From positions 103,790,001 to 103,854,000 of the forward strand of contig NW_024704742.1 in assembly GCF_018977255.1 (NCBI RefSeq): a stretch of DNA of 64,000 nt, read 5' to 3'. Every line of letters begins with the position of its first letter. Position 1 is the first letter of the stretch. Shown here one piece after another: positions 1 to 13,411 of the stretch. The position numbers and the translations under genes are program-made. The notes below the pieces were generated by a model that saw nothing but the letters and a program-made list of their open reading frames with translations, made no database searches and was not told where the DNA came from. This DNA comes from Callorhinchus milii (Eukaryota).

Positions 1-144
1 TGTCATCTGGGGAAAATAGGCTAAGTACTATGCGGCCAATGGGTAAAAGCCTTAATTATAATCTTCCTATTTTCCTACACTTATTCAAACAAAGTTAGCT
101 TTAAGTCTTGCTTATAATTAGACCTTGCTTTATGTCTTGCCAAA

Positions 145-715
145 ACCCTCATGCATGCGTTTGTCACCTCCCGCTTGGATTACTCAAACGCACTCCTCGC
201 CGGTCTCCCCAGCTCTGCTATTCAAAAGATCCAGCTCATTCAGAACTCTGCCGCCCCATACTGACCCAGACCAAACTCCGTACCCACATCTCACCAGTTC
301 TGGCCAGGCTCCACTGGCTCCCCATCACCAAATGGATCAACTTCAAGATCCTCACTCTCGTGTTCAAATCCCTTCACTCTCTGGCACCTCCCTACCTCTC
401 CGACCTCCTCACTCCCCAATCCACCACCAGGCGCCTCCGCTGACTGGTACCGGCCTCCTGCTCGTCCCTCACACCCTCCGCCGCAGCATCGGAGGTCGCA
501 CTTTCAGGCCACTACGCACCGAAACTCCGTAACACTCCCTTTCAATCCTTCTGCATTGCCCCCTCCCCTTTTTCAAGCCGCGTCTGAAAACCTTCCTCTT
601 CGACTGTGCTTACAACCACCCCCACCACCCTGAGTCTGAATCAGGCTCTGCCAATGTTAAGTGCCCCGAGATGCTCCCCAGCAGGGAGGGCACTATATAA
701 GTGCATGCTGTTGTA
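145..715 (+). mobile_element. L2-clade LINE 3' fragment (tail type A)
   Basis: ORF2 C-terminus HISPVLARLHWLPITKWINFKILTLVFKSLHSLAPPYLSDLL; tail gagggcactatataagtgcatgctgttg. Confidence 0.9.
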
Positions 716-2898
716 ATTAACAGCAGGCAGTCAGATGTAACACTTTTGTGACCTAATTTCTCAAATATTTTACTTTTTCACACTTCAAAAAAGCATTGGT
801 GCTTCAAATATCCCCCGAATTCTATGAACATTAGAAAGTCTGATGTAAGCACTCATCTTTGTCAAAAAAAATCAGCAACTTCCTGGAAAGTAAAATAAAA
901 CATATACTAGAAAAACATCAAGAAATCGGCTTTGTCAATAGAAAAACATTTATGATCCGTCAGCTGATTTCCTTAACATTTATTTTCTCTTCAGTCTCTG
1001 CACCCCATATAATAACATATTATTTGAAGTGATTTGAAGCCTTCTGCTTTCTCAAATGTTGCTCTGATCAACCTCAAAGAGGAGAGTTCCCATGAAGTAT
1101 TACAGATGAAATTATACCATGAGGCTAAACAGTGGGATTTAGCCCAGGGAATCAAGATTGTTTTTGTAACAATAATTGAAATAGATTTCCTAAATAAATA
1201 GTTGTAGGCTTACCCAACTGAGGCCAAAATTCAAACTATTTTTTAAAAAAAGAAACAAACTACTGTGCAAGTGGCATAGCTTTCATAAAAACCCATCTAA
1301 CCAATTTTTTTAATAATCTATATAATATTCGTTAAAAACAATACATCATTTTTATGTCTCCTGCAAAAGTTTTGCAAAGCCTTTTAATGAAGGATTAAGG
1401 TCTAGTTCTAATTGCTTTTAACACTTAGCCCTCAACTAAATGTAAACAGGGACATTAATCACCATTGATCTGTAACTGATGTCTATTAAATGCCAGCAGA
1501 ATTCTTAAGCCCTGTAGGCAATTGGAAAGCGTGAAATATATAGTAACTGTTTATCTTATATCTCATATCTCATCAATATTTGTTGAGATACTCCAACAAT
1601 ATTTTTTGCACCCAGAATTTTATGTATTCTAAATAATTGGTTGCATGAATAGTTCCACACATGGGGGAGGGGGGGGTGGTGGTCATATATTACAAAAGAA
1701 CAAACTTTAACTCAGCTGTCAGATTAAGTTAGTGAATTTAATTAGCTACAATCGCTCCGAAGTCTGTAGAATAAAATCCTACTCATTATGTTCAAATGTT
1801 TAGTGTTAAGAGAAAATGTTATCTAATATTTTGCTTTAAAAATGAGTATTTCTCAGCCAAACATCAGAACAAATGTTGATATTAGACATTCATTGGTTTC
1901 TGTAATATGCAACTTATGAAAGCACAAAACAAAAATGCTCATCACAAAACAGGACAGGATGAAAATAGTCTTAAAAGATCTTTTACTTTCTTCTCCCCTC
2001 CCTCAAACATAAACACAATAAAAAAAATGGATTCATTATAGTACCCTTCACATAGAATAATATCTGAGTGCTTTAAAACACTAGAACAGGGGATGTTAAG
2101 GCTACAATCATGGGATTTACGATCATCACTAGTTCTCCAAAGAAAGAGCATTTTATTTCTTTAAACCACAAGTTTGGAAGACAACAGTAAACATTTATAT
2201 TCAACGCAACACACCGTGTTCTGTAAAATCTGTAGCAAATAGAACAAATGTTAATTAATGATTGCTTACATAATTTACTGAAAACTTACTGTTTTGTTCA
2301 TTGGCAACTGTAGCCTCTCACTAAATGAGGGGAATACTATTACTATACTATAGCAAACATTGGGGTAAAAAACAGGAATACATTCAAAAATAAAACAGAA
2401 ACATAATAGAGAATAGGGCACCATTTATATATTCTAGATTTGCTTAGCTAAGAACACGCAAGCAACAAAATCCACTCAATTTCTTTTAAGAAACTACTAA
2501 CGTATTCCAAACATTTACACATCATATGGTTGAGCACTTCTGAAATAAGATACCTCCATTTAGAGTAAAAGAACAAGATATTTCATGCACCAATGTGTGT
2601 TTTATAGCTGACTTAGTATATATGCTTGCATTTGCTTATAGAAATACCTGTAAACTAGCACTGTCTAAAAAAATTAGTTAACTGACTTTCCTGTATTACA
2701 ATTTAAGAAATTATTCATAAGGTTTTCATACTGGTGACACTACCATTTTTAAATGATTAAAAGATGCAATGCAATTTACCTCTAACAAGACATACATCCT
2801 ATTAATTATCTATTCTCTTGTACTAAATTAATCCAGAGTACATTTTCTTTTAAACAGTCGACTGAATCTTCAAACGTAAGTTCCTGAAACGTCAGACA

Positions 2899-3045
2899 AA
2901 ACAACAACAAACTGCATTGATATAGTGCCTTTCATGTTGGTAGGATATCCCCAGGTCCTGGACAATCAAGGGTTTGCATCCGAGCTGGGGGTTGGATTCG
3001 GGAGGGGTGGGGACAGGAAGTTGACCGAAGGTGCGCTCGAGAAGG
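2899..3045 (-). mobile_element. L2 3' tail remnant
   Basis: Reverse-complemented (TTG)n tail plus ...aaaggcactatatcaatgcag. Confidence 0.7.
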
Positions 3046-4194
3046 AAGGAAACACTTTGTCTGGATGTTTAGTTGAAAACAATAAAACACTTTATGGAAT
3101 AATTAAGTGGAATTAATAAAATTGTTTTATGGTTATTTTGTGGAAAATGATCTGGCACACCACAAATGTGATTTAGAAATCCGTCACGTTTATTCCGTTA
3201 TTATTACAGAATTTGAAGTCCCTAATGGCGGTTTTTAATTCTGATCCAATTGCGCAGTGATAGCTGATGTTATGTAATTCAACTTCACTATGTCTTTCTT
3301 TACATCTACCTAATCAGAAAGTTTTTTTGCCAGATGTTAATATCATTTTTTTTAAAAACTACTATATCTAATTCAAGGTTGTAAAATAGAGTTTACAAGA
3401 CCAAGAATATTTTTTTCTAAAAGGAAATAAAACATTGCTTTATATTCAATGGGCCAAGAATGTTCAGTTAAGACATTTGCAAACAAAGTTAAAGCAGATA
3501 TTGACTAGATTATAATAATAATCCTCAAATGCAAGTATTATTATTATGGGATTTATGATAATCACTAGGATTATTATTATTAAAAACGATCATTAAATGA
3601 AGATTGTTTAAGGCATATCCTGGAAAGATGGTGAGAATGAGACAAAATACATGAGGAAGAAAAACATTTTGAAAAAGAATGTGTCAAACCACAAATGTAT
3701 AGAACGCAAATATTTTCGCATTTAATTAATGGAAATAGATTTGCAAATACAATTTAAAAAAATCTCAATCAATCATCATTGTATATATGATAAGAACATA
3801 AGAATATTATAGAAAACAGGAAAAGGCCATTAGAAAAAGGCCATTTGATTGATTTCAACCCATCATATTCTTAAATCCTCCACTTTGCAGAAGTCCACTC
3901 AATCAATGCACAATTGATGTTTCACTGTATGCTGTGTTCTCCACAAAAACCAAATCTCTTTTCAATGATACTGTAGTTGGAAGTGCCAGATAAAAGTTCT
4001 GTCATGCATCATCTGCTTCAACCGTTTCAAAGTCAATAAAGCTAAATTAAAGTTATAAATTATGAAATCTAAACTGTAGCTCTCTGGCAAAACTAGATAT
4101 ATGAAAATACAGTATGTAGAAAAGTAAAGAATTTTAAAGTTCAAATTTTAAAATGGTGCAAAACCATCAAGACTACAAGTTGTCAATAAAAGTA

Positions 4195-4200
4195 TTTATT
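4195..4200 (-). promoter_or_regulatory. Candidate polyadenylation signal for MCC
   Basis: AATAAA on the minus strand followed by ttttattgacaacttgtagtcttgatggttttg. Confidence 0.5.
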
Positions 4201-5769
4201 CTGGATATACAGCCTTTTGTAAAATAAGTATTATAAACGTCTCTTCGTATAAATAAATGCAGAGTTTTTACAATTCTATATAAAACAAACAAGTTTTACA
4301 TTTTACAGCAACTAGGCGACTAAAAAAAGCAGTTATAAATGTAAACACAATAGAAAGATACATAATTTTCAAATATCTGAAGTCTTCGAAAATGACTTCA
4401 TTTTTCGAAAATGACTTCCAACAAAATGAAAACCAGATACTATGGTGTAGGTAACAGCAATTTGGACATTTTCCATCTAAATGTAATAATATTCTGTTGC
4501 AAAAAAGCTGTACAGTATTAACTTACATATTCATGCTTCGCTATTAGTACTATGGCTGTGCCATACAATTGACAGCCCAGTTTATCCTATTCCATCAATT
4601 TCCAAATCCAGTTAACCTTACTCAAAAAATAAAGCTTTCAGTTTTACAACAAAATGATTAAAGGGTATGCTACTGAAATTACACAACATTAGCGTTTGTA
4701 CAATTAATTGTCTCTCAATCCTTGCTGATGTAAAACGCTACCAAACTGCTGATCTGTAGCCTCCAGGGGCTTCTTCTCTAGCGAAATCAAGAGACAAAAC
4801 CGAGGCAAAATCAACTGATAATGTCACTGGGAAAGATATCTGCCCTGAAACTTCACTCTTGTAATATTTTAGTCTGCAATCTCAAAGCAGTACACACTGC
4901 GTCAAAATAAGTCCAAAGAATAAAATATTAAATAATACTGCATTTTAAATATAATGACCTAAGCACCCCTTTCAGATGAAACAGGAATGAATATTTAGAA
5001 TACGTGACATGCATTCTGCTTCTAAAAAGTTAACCATCTGATGAAAGGGAAAGAATCATTTTGCAAACTGACATTCTAATTTTAAACTACAAAACATTAA
5101 ATATTCATCTTCTTTTGTTCCGCTTTCCAAACATTTTACATATTTTCCTGGAAAAAAACATGAATTTAAGTCATGCAACAATTTTCACAGACAACATACA
5201 GGCCAACTGTTAAATTGTAACCAAACTGAGAAAATGATGTATTTTTAGTTCTGAATAAAAACATACTCTCCATACCATGGGTAATTTCTGCAAACTGGAA
5301 TGTACAGTACATATCCAGGAAATTGATATTTTATTCCTATACTATTCTGCTTCAGTATTTCGCCAACAGGAGGTGTAACTAACATAGAAGAAAAGTAAAC
5401 TTGTATGCTTAAAATGGGATCTCTCTAAATAGGTTTCCAAATCCACTTTATTTTAAAAATGACAGTAATCTACAGGAACTGATAAAATATAATCAGAACT
5501 TTATTTCACTCATAAGATTCAAATAGGCTAGTACAGAAGAGGAAGGAACAGTGGACGCTGATCATTCACTTAAAAGATGCATTAAGCAAAGCTCTCTCCT
5601 TTGATCGACTCCACATTATTCCAAGTGACTGACCTCTCCCAAAATAGTGCCTCATTAAAGAGAAACCTGAGATCAAAGCAATTATAAGCACCTCTTGGCC
5701 AACTACAAAACAGTTCAACAAACAATTGGACATATGTATAGGCATCAAATAACAAGGATAGGAAAGAAC

Positions 5770-6100
5770 AAAATTTCATTTAATAATGCCTTATGTCAAA
5801 ACGTCTCACTTCACCTCACAAGTAACTGGTCTTGTAAGCACATCTGACAGAGCCATTCAGGCCAGCAAGGTCCCACATAATGCCATGAAGCAAATAACAA
5901 AATAAACATGGAAGATTGTTGGCCAGGATAAATATTTTTCTTTTCCAAATAACATTACGGGATTTTCAAAATCCAATGGAACAAGAAACAGTTTTACATC
6001 TCATCTGAAACGTGATACCAACACTCTCGCTGTACTGCACTGGAATATCAGCCTAAATTCCATAGGTGGAACTTTAAACCACAAGGATACTTGACCATTG
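5770..6100 (-). mobile_element. Old Deu-domain SINE remnant within the 3'UTR
   Basis: Minus strand gtgcagtacagcgagagtg...ttcagatgagatgtaaaac...tcctggccaac, similar to the copy at 42890-43325. Confidence 0.6.
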
Positions 6101-6339
6101 GACCTAAACTTGGCATTATATTTTTCTATGCCCTTGAAGTTGGGTTTCCCTTTCCATTACGTATACCAAAAATAAAAAATAATTTATAGTAGTGCAGGTT
6201 TGGATTTCTAAACCTTTCCTTGCTCATATTCCATTGTCAGGTACATTAGTTTGAGAAAGGAAAGCTTTCCTTGCTCAAGTTAACATATCTGGCAATGGAA
6301 TATCATGTCTATCTTTGTTATTTGAAAAAATGCATTAAA

Positions 6340-6525
6340 AAAACGTAATAATTTGGTCACTCAATCCACAAATGTTTATGGGACACTGCTGTGCGCAATT
6401 GGCTGCCACGTTTCACTCACAAATATACAGTCAATTCACTTTACAATATATTCTGTGAAGCACTTTGAGATGTCTAGAAGACGTGATAAGGCGCTATATC
6501 AAATGCAGGGATTATTATTATATTA
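6340..6525 (+). mobile_element. tRNA-SINE 3' half
   Basis: gggacactgctgtgcgcaattggctgcc...gtgataaggcgctatatcaaatgcagggattattatt. Confidence 0.85.
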
Positions 6526-8090
6526 TTTATCTTCTGTGGCAGTCTCAGTTGTCCGATTCTGAGCCAGGCAGGTTCTCAGTACTCAAGACACTGTTGATGA
6601 GACCAGTCAGCCTAGATCTTAAGCAGGAATTGGAATGGCAGACCAGTCACTTAGGGCAGGAATTAGGGGGGTGCTTAATTCCAGAATTAAATAAACAGGA
6701 TGAGTCCCTCTAAAGAAAGTGCTCACTCCATTCCAGACTAATGGGAAATTTCTAGGAGCAGTCAACCTGTGTATGTGGAACTCTGTTTTTTTTGTTCTTA
6801 AGCACGGAAATTGGTTCCTGCATGTGTTCGACCTCCCCCCAAAAAAACACTGGGGTGATTTCTGTAAGGAGGCTGCCAAAATGCAGGCTGTAACAAAACA
6901 TTTCTCAGGGATTCAAAAAGTAAGCAACAAATATCAATAGTTGGAAAACAACAAGGTTCACCAGAAATGACCTCGCACGGTCCTGGAATGGAAGGGTATA
7001 TCTACCTGGGCTGAAAGGGACAGTACTCCAGTTTCCAATTTTTTTCTTAGCTTGTTTGACTAATTACCCATGGTATGCAAATATCAACAATAAAAAATAG
7101 GTTTAGACATTTATTGATTGTTATTATAGTTCAGATCTGGCTTAGTATTCAATACCTTTGAGTCAGTTTGAATTAAACCAAAGTGAATATCCCAAACTAA
7201 GCTGGTTCTGCCTAAATACTTAACAGGCGAAACATAATTGTATAAACATAGCTATGCATTAAACAAAGTAATGGCATATAGTAAGGATTTTTACATAATC
7301 CATTTTATACCAAGAAGCAAGACAAAGTTATATGCTAGCTATAATGGCCGGTTATTTGAGCTGGGGAATGAGATTTTGTGACAAGATATGGTCCATTCAG
7401 GCGCTATATATACAAAACATTTAATAATTGGAATTATATCTGCTCCTTAGATGAACCTGATCCATCTTTCAGGATTGCTATCCACAATTTCTTAGTTCTG
7501 CATTAATACCACATGGACTACAGTATTATTTTCAATCTTCCTCAGAATTTGTTCAGAAGGATCTTTCATAACAATTGCTTTATAACAGTCTTACTGAGAG
7601 AATATAGTTTGAAATTTTTGACATAGCATGTTGGTTTCTCAAGTTGGCATAAAATGATTTTAATAATAAAACAAAGTAGTTGGTAGCAGCACACACTAAA
7701 TACACTAAATCCTTGCTGTACAATTACGCGCCTTTTTGGTACAATGTGATAATATAAAGCTCTCTGCAATGCAAATTACAGATGCATATTTGATATATTA
7801 AGACAATAATAAGATGTAAGTTTCTTTTTAAGTATAATGCTGTGAAGTGTGCAGGCACATGTAAGGGATGATTTACAAATTTTATTTAAGTCCCAAATTG
7901 CTGAGGTGCCACTTCTATCATGTCCTGCTGTTCTGTTGAAAGTGGTAATATCTGGATGACTGAAGAAACCCTTGTTCCCTTTGATCAGCAGAAAGAACCA
8001 ATAACTTGTTTCCATTTTTATATTTTGATCTTCTGAGTTTCTGTGGCAAAACGTATCAATTTACAGTATCCATAACACCTAAATGTTTTC

Positions 8091-8271
8091 CTACAGAGAT
8101 GTCTCATTTGTCTGAGGCCTGGAGTTTTCTTCTTCAAGCAGCGCTATTCTCTGTTTTAGCATTCGCACTTGTGTTTCATGTCTTTCCACCATAGCCATCA
8201 TTTGTGCCTCCAGCTTTTTCAGTTTGTTTTGATGCTTCTTCTTTGCCTTTTCATAAGCTGCTACTAGATTA
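8091..8271 (-). CDS. MCC: MCC terminal coding exon
   Basis: acag|TAATCTA...ACATCTCTGTAG; 181 nt; NLVAAYEKAKKKHQNKLKKLEAQMMAMVERHETQVRMLKQRIALLEEENSRPQTNETSL*; class I PDZ-binding C-terminus. Confidence 0.97.
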
Positions 8272-8859
8272 CTGTGATTAAAACAAAGCAGTTAAGTTAT
8301 AAGCTGTAAATCTGTCCATCAATCCATTTTGCAGTTTGTTATATATAAAACCACCCACCTTTCCCTTGGATATTTTAGGTTCCTACGCCTAGGCAATTCA
8401 CACAGATCTTTAGATAGTTTTGCTTTAAATTGCATATTGTGTTGTTATAATAGGATGTAACCCTGAGACGACAAATCTTAAAATGTTAAACAATCAGCAA
8501 AATATTTCAAACAAATGCATAAATATTGATGCTTAATTGAATAGTTTAAAATAGACATTGTTCCTAAGTTTAAAATAGATTTAGGTTGTTTTGAGATCAA
8601 GTAGATTTAGTCCCATTAAAGTACAATTAAATGGAAGGAATGGTGAAGCAAACCTTCAATCATTGTCTTACTCCTTTCTCCATTCCAAAGAATCTTTCTT
8701 AGATGTTTCTTATTTACCCAGGTAGAATATATTACTTAATTAAAATCTCCTGCTCTTACATGATACTTTTCCCTACTAAAATCTATCAGATTGTATGTAA
8801 AACATCACCCACTTCGCAACAAGTTTTATTCTTATTTGAAAACAATGTTAGGAGTGAGC

Positions 8860-9091
8860 AAGCTTCATACAGAAACTAATACTTTGTTTGGTCAGCCAGG
8901 TGTCTGACACATGTGGAAACCCATCAACATGTTTAAGAGAATCCAAACCACATTGAGAGCTCCACATATGTATGTCACTTACACATGCCTGGAATAAAAT
9001 GTGGACTCTACTTGGAGGGACACATCTCGCTTACCTAATTCTGGGAAGTGTTGGGCATAGGTTGACAAGAGTCAAGGCTTGGGATCCCCAG
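8860..9091 (+). mobile_element. Old non-autonomous hAT-like DNA element
   Basis: Core acacatgtggaaacccatcaacatg recurs at ~15530-15756 (+) and ~33110-33340 (-); end aggcttgggatcccc resembles a CAGGGGTTCCCAA-type TIR. Confidence 0.5.
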
Positions 9092-9242
9092 ATTGTGATT
9101 TGGGGTATTATAATATCATAATAACTGTACTGGTACAGTTTAACAAGCTAAATTTTGCTTGATACTTGCAGAGAGAAGAAATTAAAAAATTAAAATTAAA
9201 TCATAGCTTGCCATTGAAAGCACTATCGTGCTATGGGACTAT

Positions 9243-9299
9243 GGGACGTCCTCCTGACGTGAAAGGCGCTTTATAAATGGAATCTTGTTGTTGTTGTTG
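9243..9299 (+). mobile_element. Extremely 5'-truncated young L2 tail (type B)
   Basis: gggacgtcctcctgacgtgaaaggcgctttataaatggaatcttg(ttg)n flanked by TAT/TAT. Confidence 0.85.
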
Positions 9300-10413
9300 T
9301 ATCTGGCAAGTTTCTCGTTGCTTATACAGCTAGGACTACCCTACCGTTAGAGCACAATGGGAACAATCCCTGCCCCCAGTGACTAGCCTGCCCCTCCAAG
9401 ACTACCAATAAGCCAGGCTGGTTGGGATGTCATTAGCAATGCCCTGGAGTTCTACAGACCCACTCAGCTCAGGAACCAGACTCCTGAGATCATTACAGAC
9501 CACCCAATTCCAACATTCCAGTGCCTGGCACATCACCGAGCAGCCAGCTCAGCTCCCCCAGCTCTCCCCGAACAATAAAGGGGAAACTAAAATCTGCAGA
9601 CACAGTTTACCCAGAATTAATACCAGATGAATAATAAGTTGGCAAGTGTATGTTATACCTGTATAGTTTTAAAAGGAATCAACAAAATGTAATCCAACTT
9701 TTAATAACAATAACTCACGTTTTAGTTTCTTTTAAGCTATCTATCTTTACACTGCTGTGGGAAATTGGCATTTCGCCTACAAAAACAGTCAATCCACTTT
9801 ACAATATTTTTCTGTGAAGCGCTTTGAGGTCTCGATGACATGATAAGGCGCTATATCAAATTGAACGATTATTTATTCATTATTTATTACTAAAATGATA
9901 ATGTAATATGTTAAGTAAAACAAATCGTGGTCTTCACATAATGAGGGCTTTGAATCTTTTGAAATTCATTAATAACTTTGCTGCTTACCAAAACAATGGA
10001 TTAGTGCTCTTTACATTGTAATAAAACATTGAAAAATAGTTCTTTAAAATATTCTGTTTGCTGCCACAGACAAGTGTTTTTTTTACTATTTGTTTAATCA
10101 TTTTAGCACAAGGCAAAACAGAGCCAGACTTCATGTAAGTCATAATGTCAACCCCTTTTTGGTGCTCTGGAATAGGATACGTATGTCAAAGAGTAATGCT
10201 GATGGGAAGGAATTTTGATGTGAAACACAGCAAACTGGCAGTACTAAAGGGCAGTACTCATGGCACTGCAACACAGTTGTTACAGCATGGATGAGTCAAT
10301 GACTTGCAAGTTTTTCTTTGCATATACAGGATATACATTTGAAAGAAAAAATTTAAGACCAAACAAAAGCAATCATATTAGAATACAATCCACAGCCACA
10401 GTAAAACAAATAC

Positions 10414-10536
10414 CTGTTTGCTCTTTTGAGATCATTAACAAACTCTGCAGACTGTTGATGTCGCACTTCACTGCTTTTCGTCATTCTTTCTAAAGCAGTT
10501 ACCAATTCCTGCACGCGAGATTTTAATTTCTTCTCT
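10414..10536 (-). CDS. MCC: MCC coding exon
   Basis: gcag|AGAGAAG...AACAG|gtattt; 123 nt, phase 2/2; EKKLKSRVQELVTALERMTKSSEVRHQQSAEFVNDLKRAN. Confidence 0.96.
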
Positions 10537-11439
10537 CTGCAAGTATCAAGCAAAATTAATCTCTTCCAAATTTATTGTCATATCTGTGTGAACACACAGA
10601 TGATTTACAATACCTTCCTTCAGATACATTACATCAAATCCTTATTTAGCTTCAAGATATATTGATATATTAAGTTTCATAACTAAGTCACTGAATATCA
10701 CACAACAGCACATGCAACCTTTAAATCAGCCAACAGGGGTCAGACCATGTCTTAGTTTCAAAACAAATGACCGCAAAATGTAACCATCTTTGCACAAGGT
10801 AAAATGGCTATTAATCGTTACTAGTATTAGAATACTGAAGTAGACCTAAATGATTTTTGTTTAAATTTAAAAGAAGAAGAATATGAAATAATAGGCTCAA
10901 TTATGTGTTTGCTACAAAACTTTTAATTTTAGAATTTTCAAAAAGTTGATTATCTTATTTAGTTAGAAAGTGGTGCTTTTTGTAAGGACTTAAAAATATT
11001 GCAGCATTTGCTCATTATTTTGCACCAAGCTGGTAATATGTAGTTGTAGTTACATTTGCAGATGACACCAACAACAAAATCATGAGTGAAGCTAACAATA
11101 AAGATTGTAAGCAATTAGATGGGGACGCACAGAGCTCAGAAAACGCCCTTGGTGATTTGTCATATTTCTAGTATTTCAAAACGCAAACACCATGAGACAT
11201 GGTATTTCCACTCCATTAAATCTAAAAGAAAAATTGATGAGGCGATGACTGAACCCTGCATCATATCAGTTTCCGTGCTCCCCTCCCTTTTCTCCCGTCA
11301 CTCCAAAAAATGCCGCGGGAATAAAAATGGAGTGAACAGAAAAATCACTTGCAATGTGGAAAGAAATCATTTGCATCATGGGATGAATGTGCTTTGCCCT
11401 ATATTGCAGTTCTAGAATTGACTGGAGAATTCTACTTAC

Positions 11440-11537
11440 CTTCTCAGTGCATTTGTTAACTCAACAGCAAGTTCACTATCATTATATGTTCTGAGTTCAG
11501 CTAATGTTACAGCATGCGTTACTCCTTCACCACATTC
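11440..11537 (-). CDS. MCC: MCC coding exon
   Basis: tcag|GAATGT...AGAAG|gtaagt; 98 nt, phase 0/2; ECGEGVTHAVTLAELRTYNDSELAVELTNALR; absent from the ORF track, found by phase and similarity. Confidence 0.92.
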
Positions 11538-13411
11538 CTGATAGACAAACAAGGAGATAATCAGAAATCATGCATTTTTGGGGATATAAACTGTGAAGCG
11601 ATTATATCGAAATACATGCTCAAGTCAAGCTATGGCAAATGAAACAACATAGGTCAGAACTTCTATGTGAAAGGTTTATATTGTTGTAGTGAAGACAGGC
11701 ACTTCACCATTAAGCATATTATGCCAATAGCTGTTTAAGAATATTAAAATGCTTCACTTGCTACTAAATCAATTTTTCTGCAATGTTCCAGGGAAATGTT
11801 GTCACGACAATGACAAGATATCCTTAATTTATCAACCAAGGGGCTGTAAAAAGCATGCAAGCCGAAACTCACGTTTTGACACCTCTCCAAGTGCCAATTG
11901 TCCCCTTTTCTAAACCTTTCCATCCAAAAAATACAGAATCTTTACCTTCCATCCCCCAAAATAGTGCAGATATTAAAAGAAACACCATTTCAATTCACAC
12001 AAAAAACTCTGAAATAGATTATCTTAAATGTTAATTTGTATAAGAACTTACAAAACCTGTATTATAAACTCAAATAACATTAACAAACAATATACCAGAT
12101 CATAAATAAATAACGCAAACAGTTTTCCTTTCCTTCATTGTGCAAATGACGAGAAATAAAATAAATACTTTGGATTTTTTTTTCCTCCTCTCTCAGTTCA
12201 TTATGTTTAGTAAAAGTATGAAATGAAATTATACAAAATACATGAATCATTTCAAATGAAATCTGTCTTCATTGTGTACACTTACCCAGTAATTTCAATT
12301 GGACTTCATATTGCAGAAGTCATCTCATTCCAGGAGCAAAGAGCATTTACAAAATTAAAAGTAATTTGAAAAATTGAACTGTATCATTATTTTGAAATAA
12401 AAAAATTGAGTAATTCTAGGAAAACATTTTCACGAAATTATGACAATCTCAAGATAAATAGTTGGAATATTTGAAGCTGCACTATGGACATATTTCTAAA
12501 CCTTTTGTATTCAACCTTTTGTATTCAGCCAGTAAATCTGAAAATGATTTTTATTGTGGGATCACAATATGAGGCTATTATTGTCTTTGAGAGTGCACAG
12601 ACAAACAGCCAAGATTATTTCAGTATAATGAATGCAAGTTACAAGTAAAGAGGAAATAAGTTGTTTTTGTTCTCTTTCAAAAAAGAGACAGCAAGGTCAT
12701 ATAATTGATGATCATGAAGCAGAATAATATTGATCCATGAATTGTTCATTAGAACAGAAGGTTCAAACACAAGAGACAGAAGTTAAAATTAGCAGTAAGA
12801 TAGAAAACCAATAGACTTTTTATGCAAAGGACTTGTGAAATAAAATGCCAGGGGGCTGGCTGATAATGATCAATCAATACTAGCAAATCTCCATTGGCCC
12901 CAATTAAGCAAATAAATGATAGGTTAAGTCATCTTGTCCATCTCTTCACCAAAGGAAAACTTGTGCACGAGAAGACAGCTGGTGCCAAGAACAATTCTAT
13001 GCACTCGTCAATATGAGCTTACATGGGGTATCTTAAGATGTGAAGAGTTTTTCAAAAGAGTTGTGCCCAAAAAAATGACATTGGCTGTCCATAGCAATTT
13101 TATAGCAAATAGGAGCATCAAACGGAGATGGTAGGGCCCAAGACAGAAATAAACTATTGTTACTTTTATTGATGTCCTTCCAACTGTCCTTTAAACCCCA
13201 CATCCATTAACTGACACAGTCATCTTTCCCCAACATTATAATATCGCCCACCTCCAATCACTCCCTCTCCCCTCGGGCCACCTTATCCACGCATTTGACA
13301 CATCCACAAAATATATAGTTAATCTACTTTACAGTATATCCTGTGAAATGCTCTGATTGTCTCAACGATGATAGTAATAAGGCATTATATTAAATGCAAG
13401 GATTATTATTA

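Larger units (their letters stand above)
4175..8090 (-). other. MCC: Probable MCC 3'UTR (end uncertain)
   Basis: Follows the stop codon; U-rich on the minus strand and relatively repeat-poor; ends near AATAAA (4200-4195) followed by GT/T-rich sequence. More distal signals (e.g. ~2152-2157) are possible. Confidence 0.55.

Noticed and set aside
700..4100. Coding exons of a neighbouring gene such as DCP2
   Set aside because: No reading frame with recognisable similarity or convincing splice sites found by eye
4385..4418. Small tandem duplications (also ~12499-12526, ~15391-15465, ~42930-42968, ~62251-62278)
   Set aside because: Two-copy slippage-type duplications, not arrays with spacers
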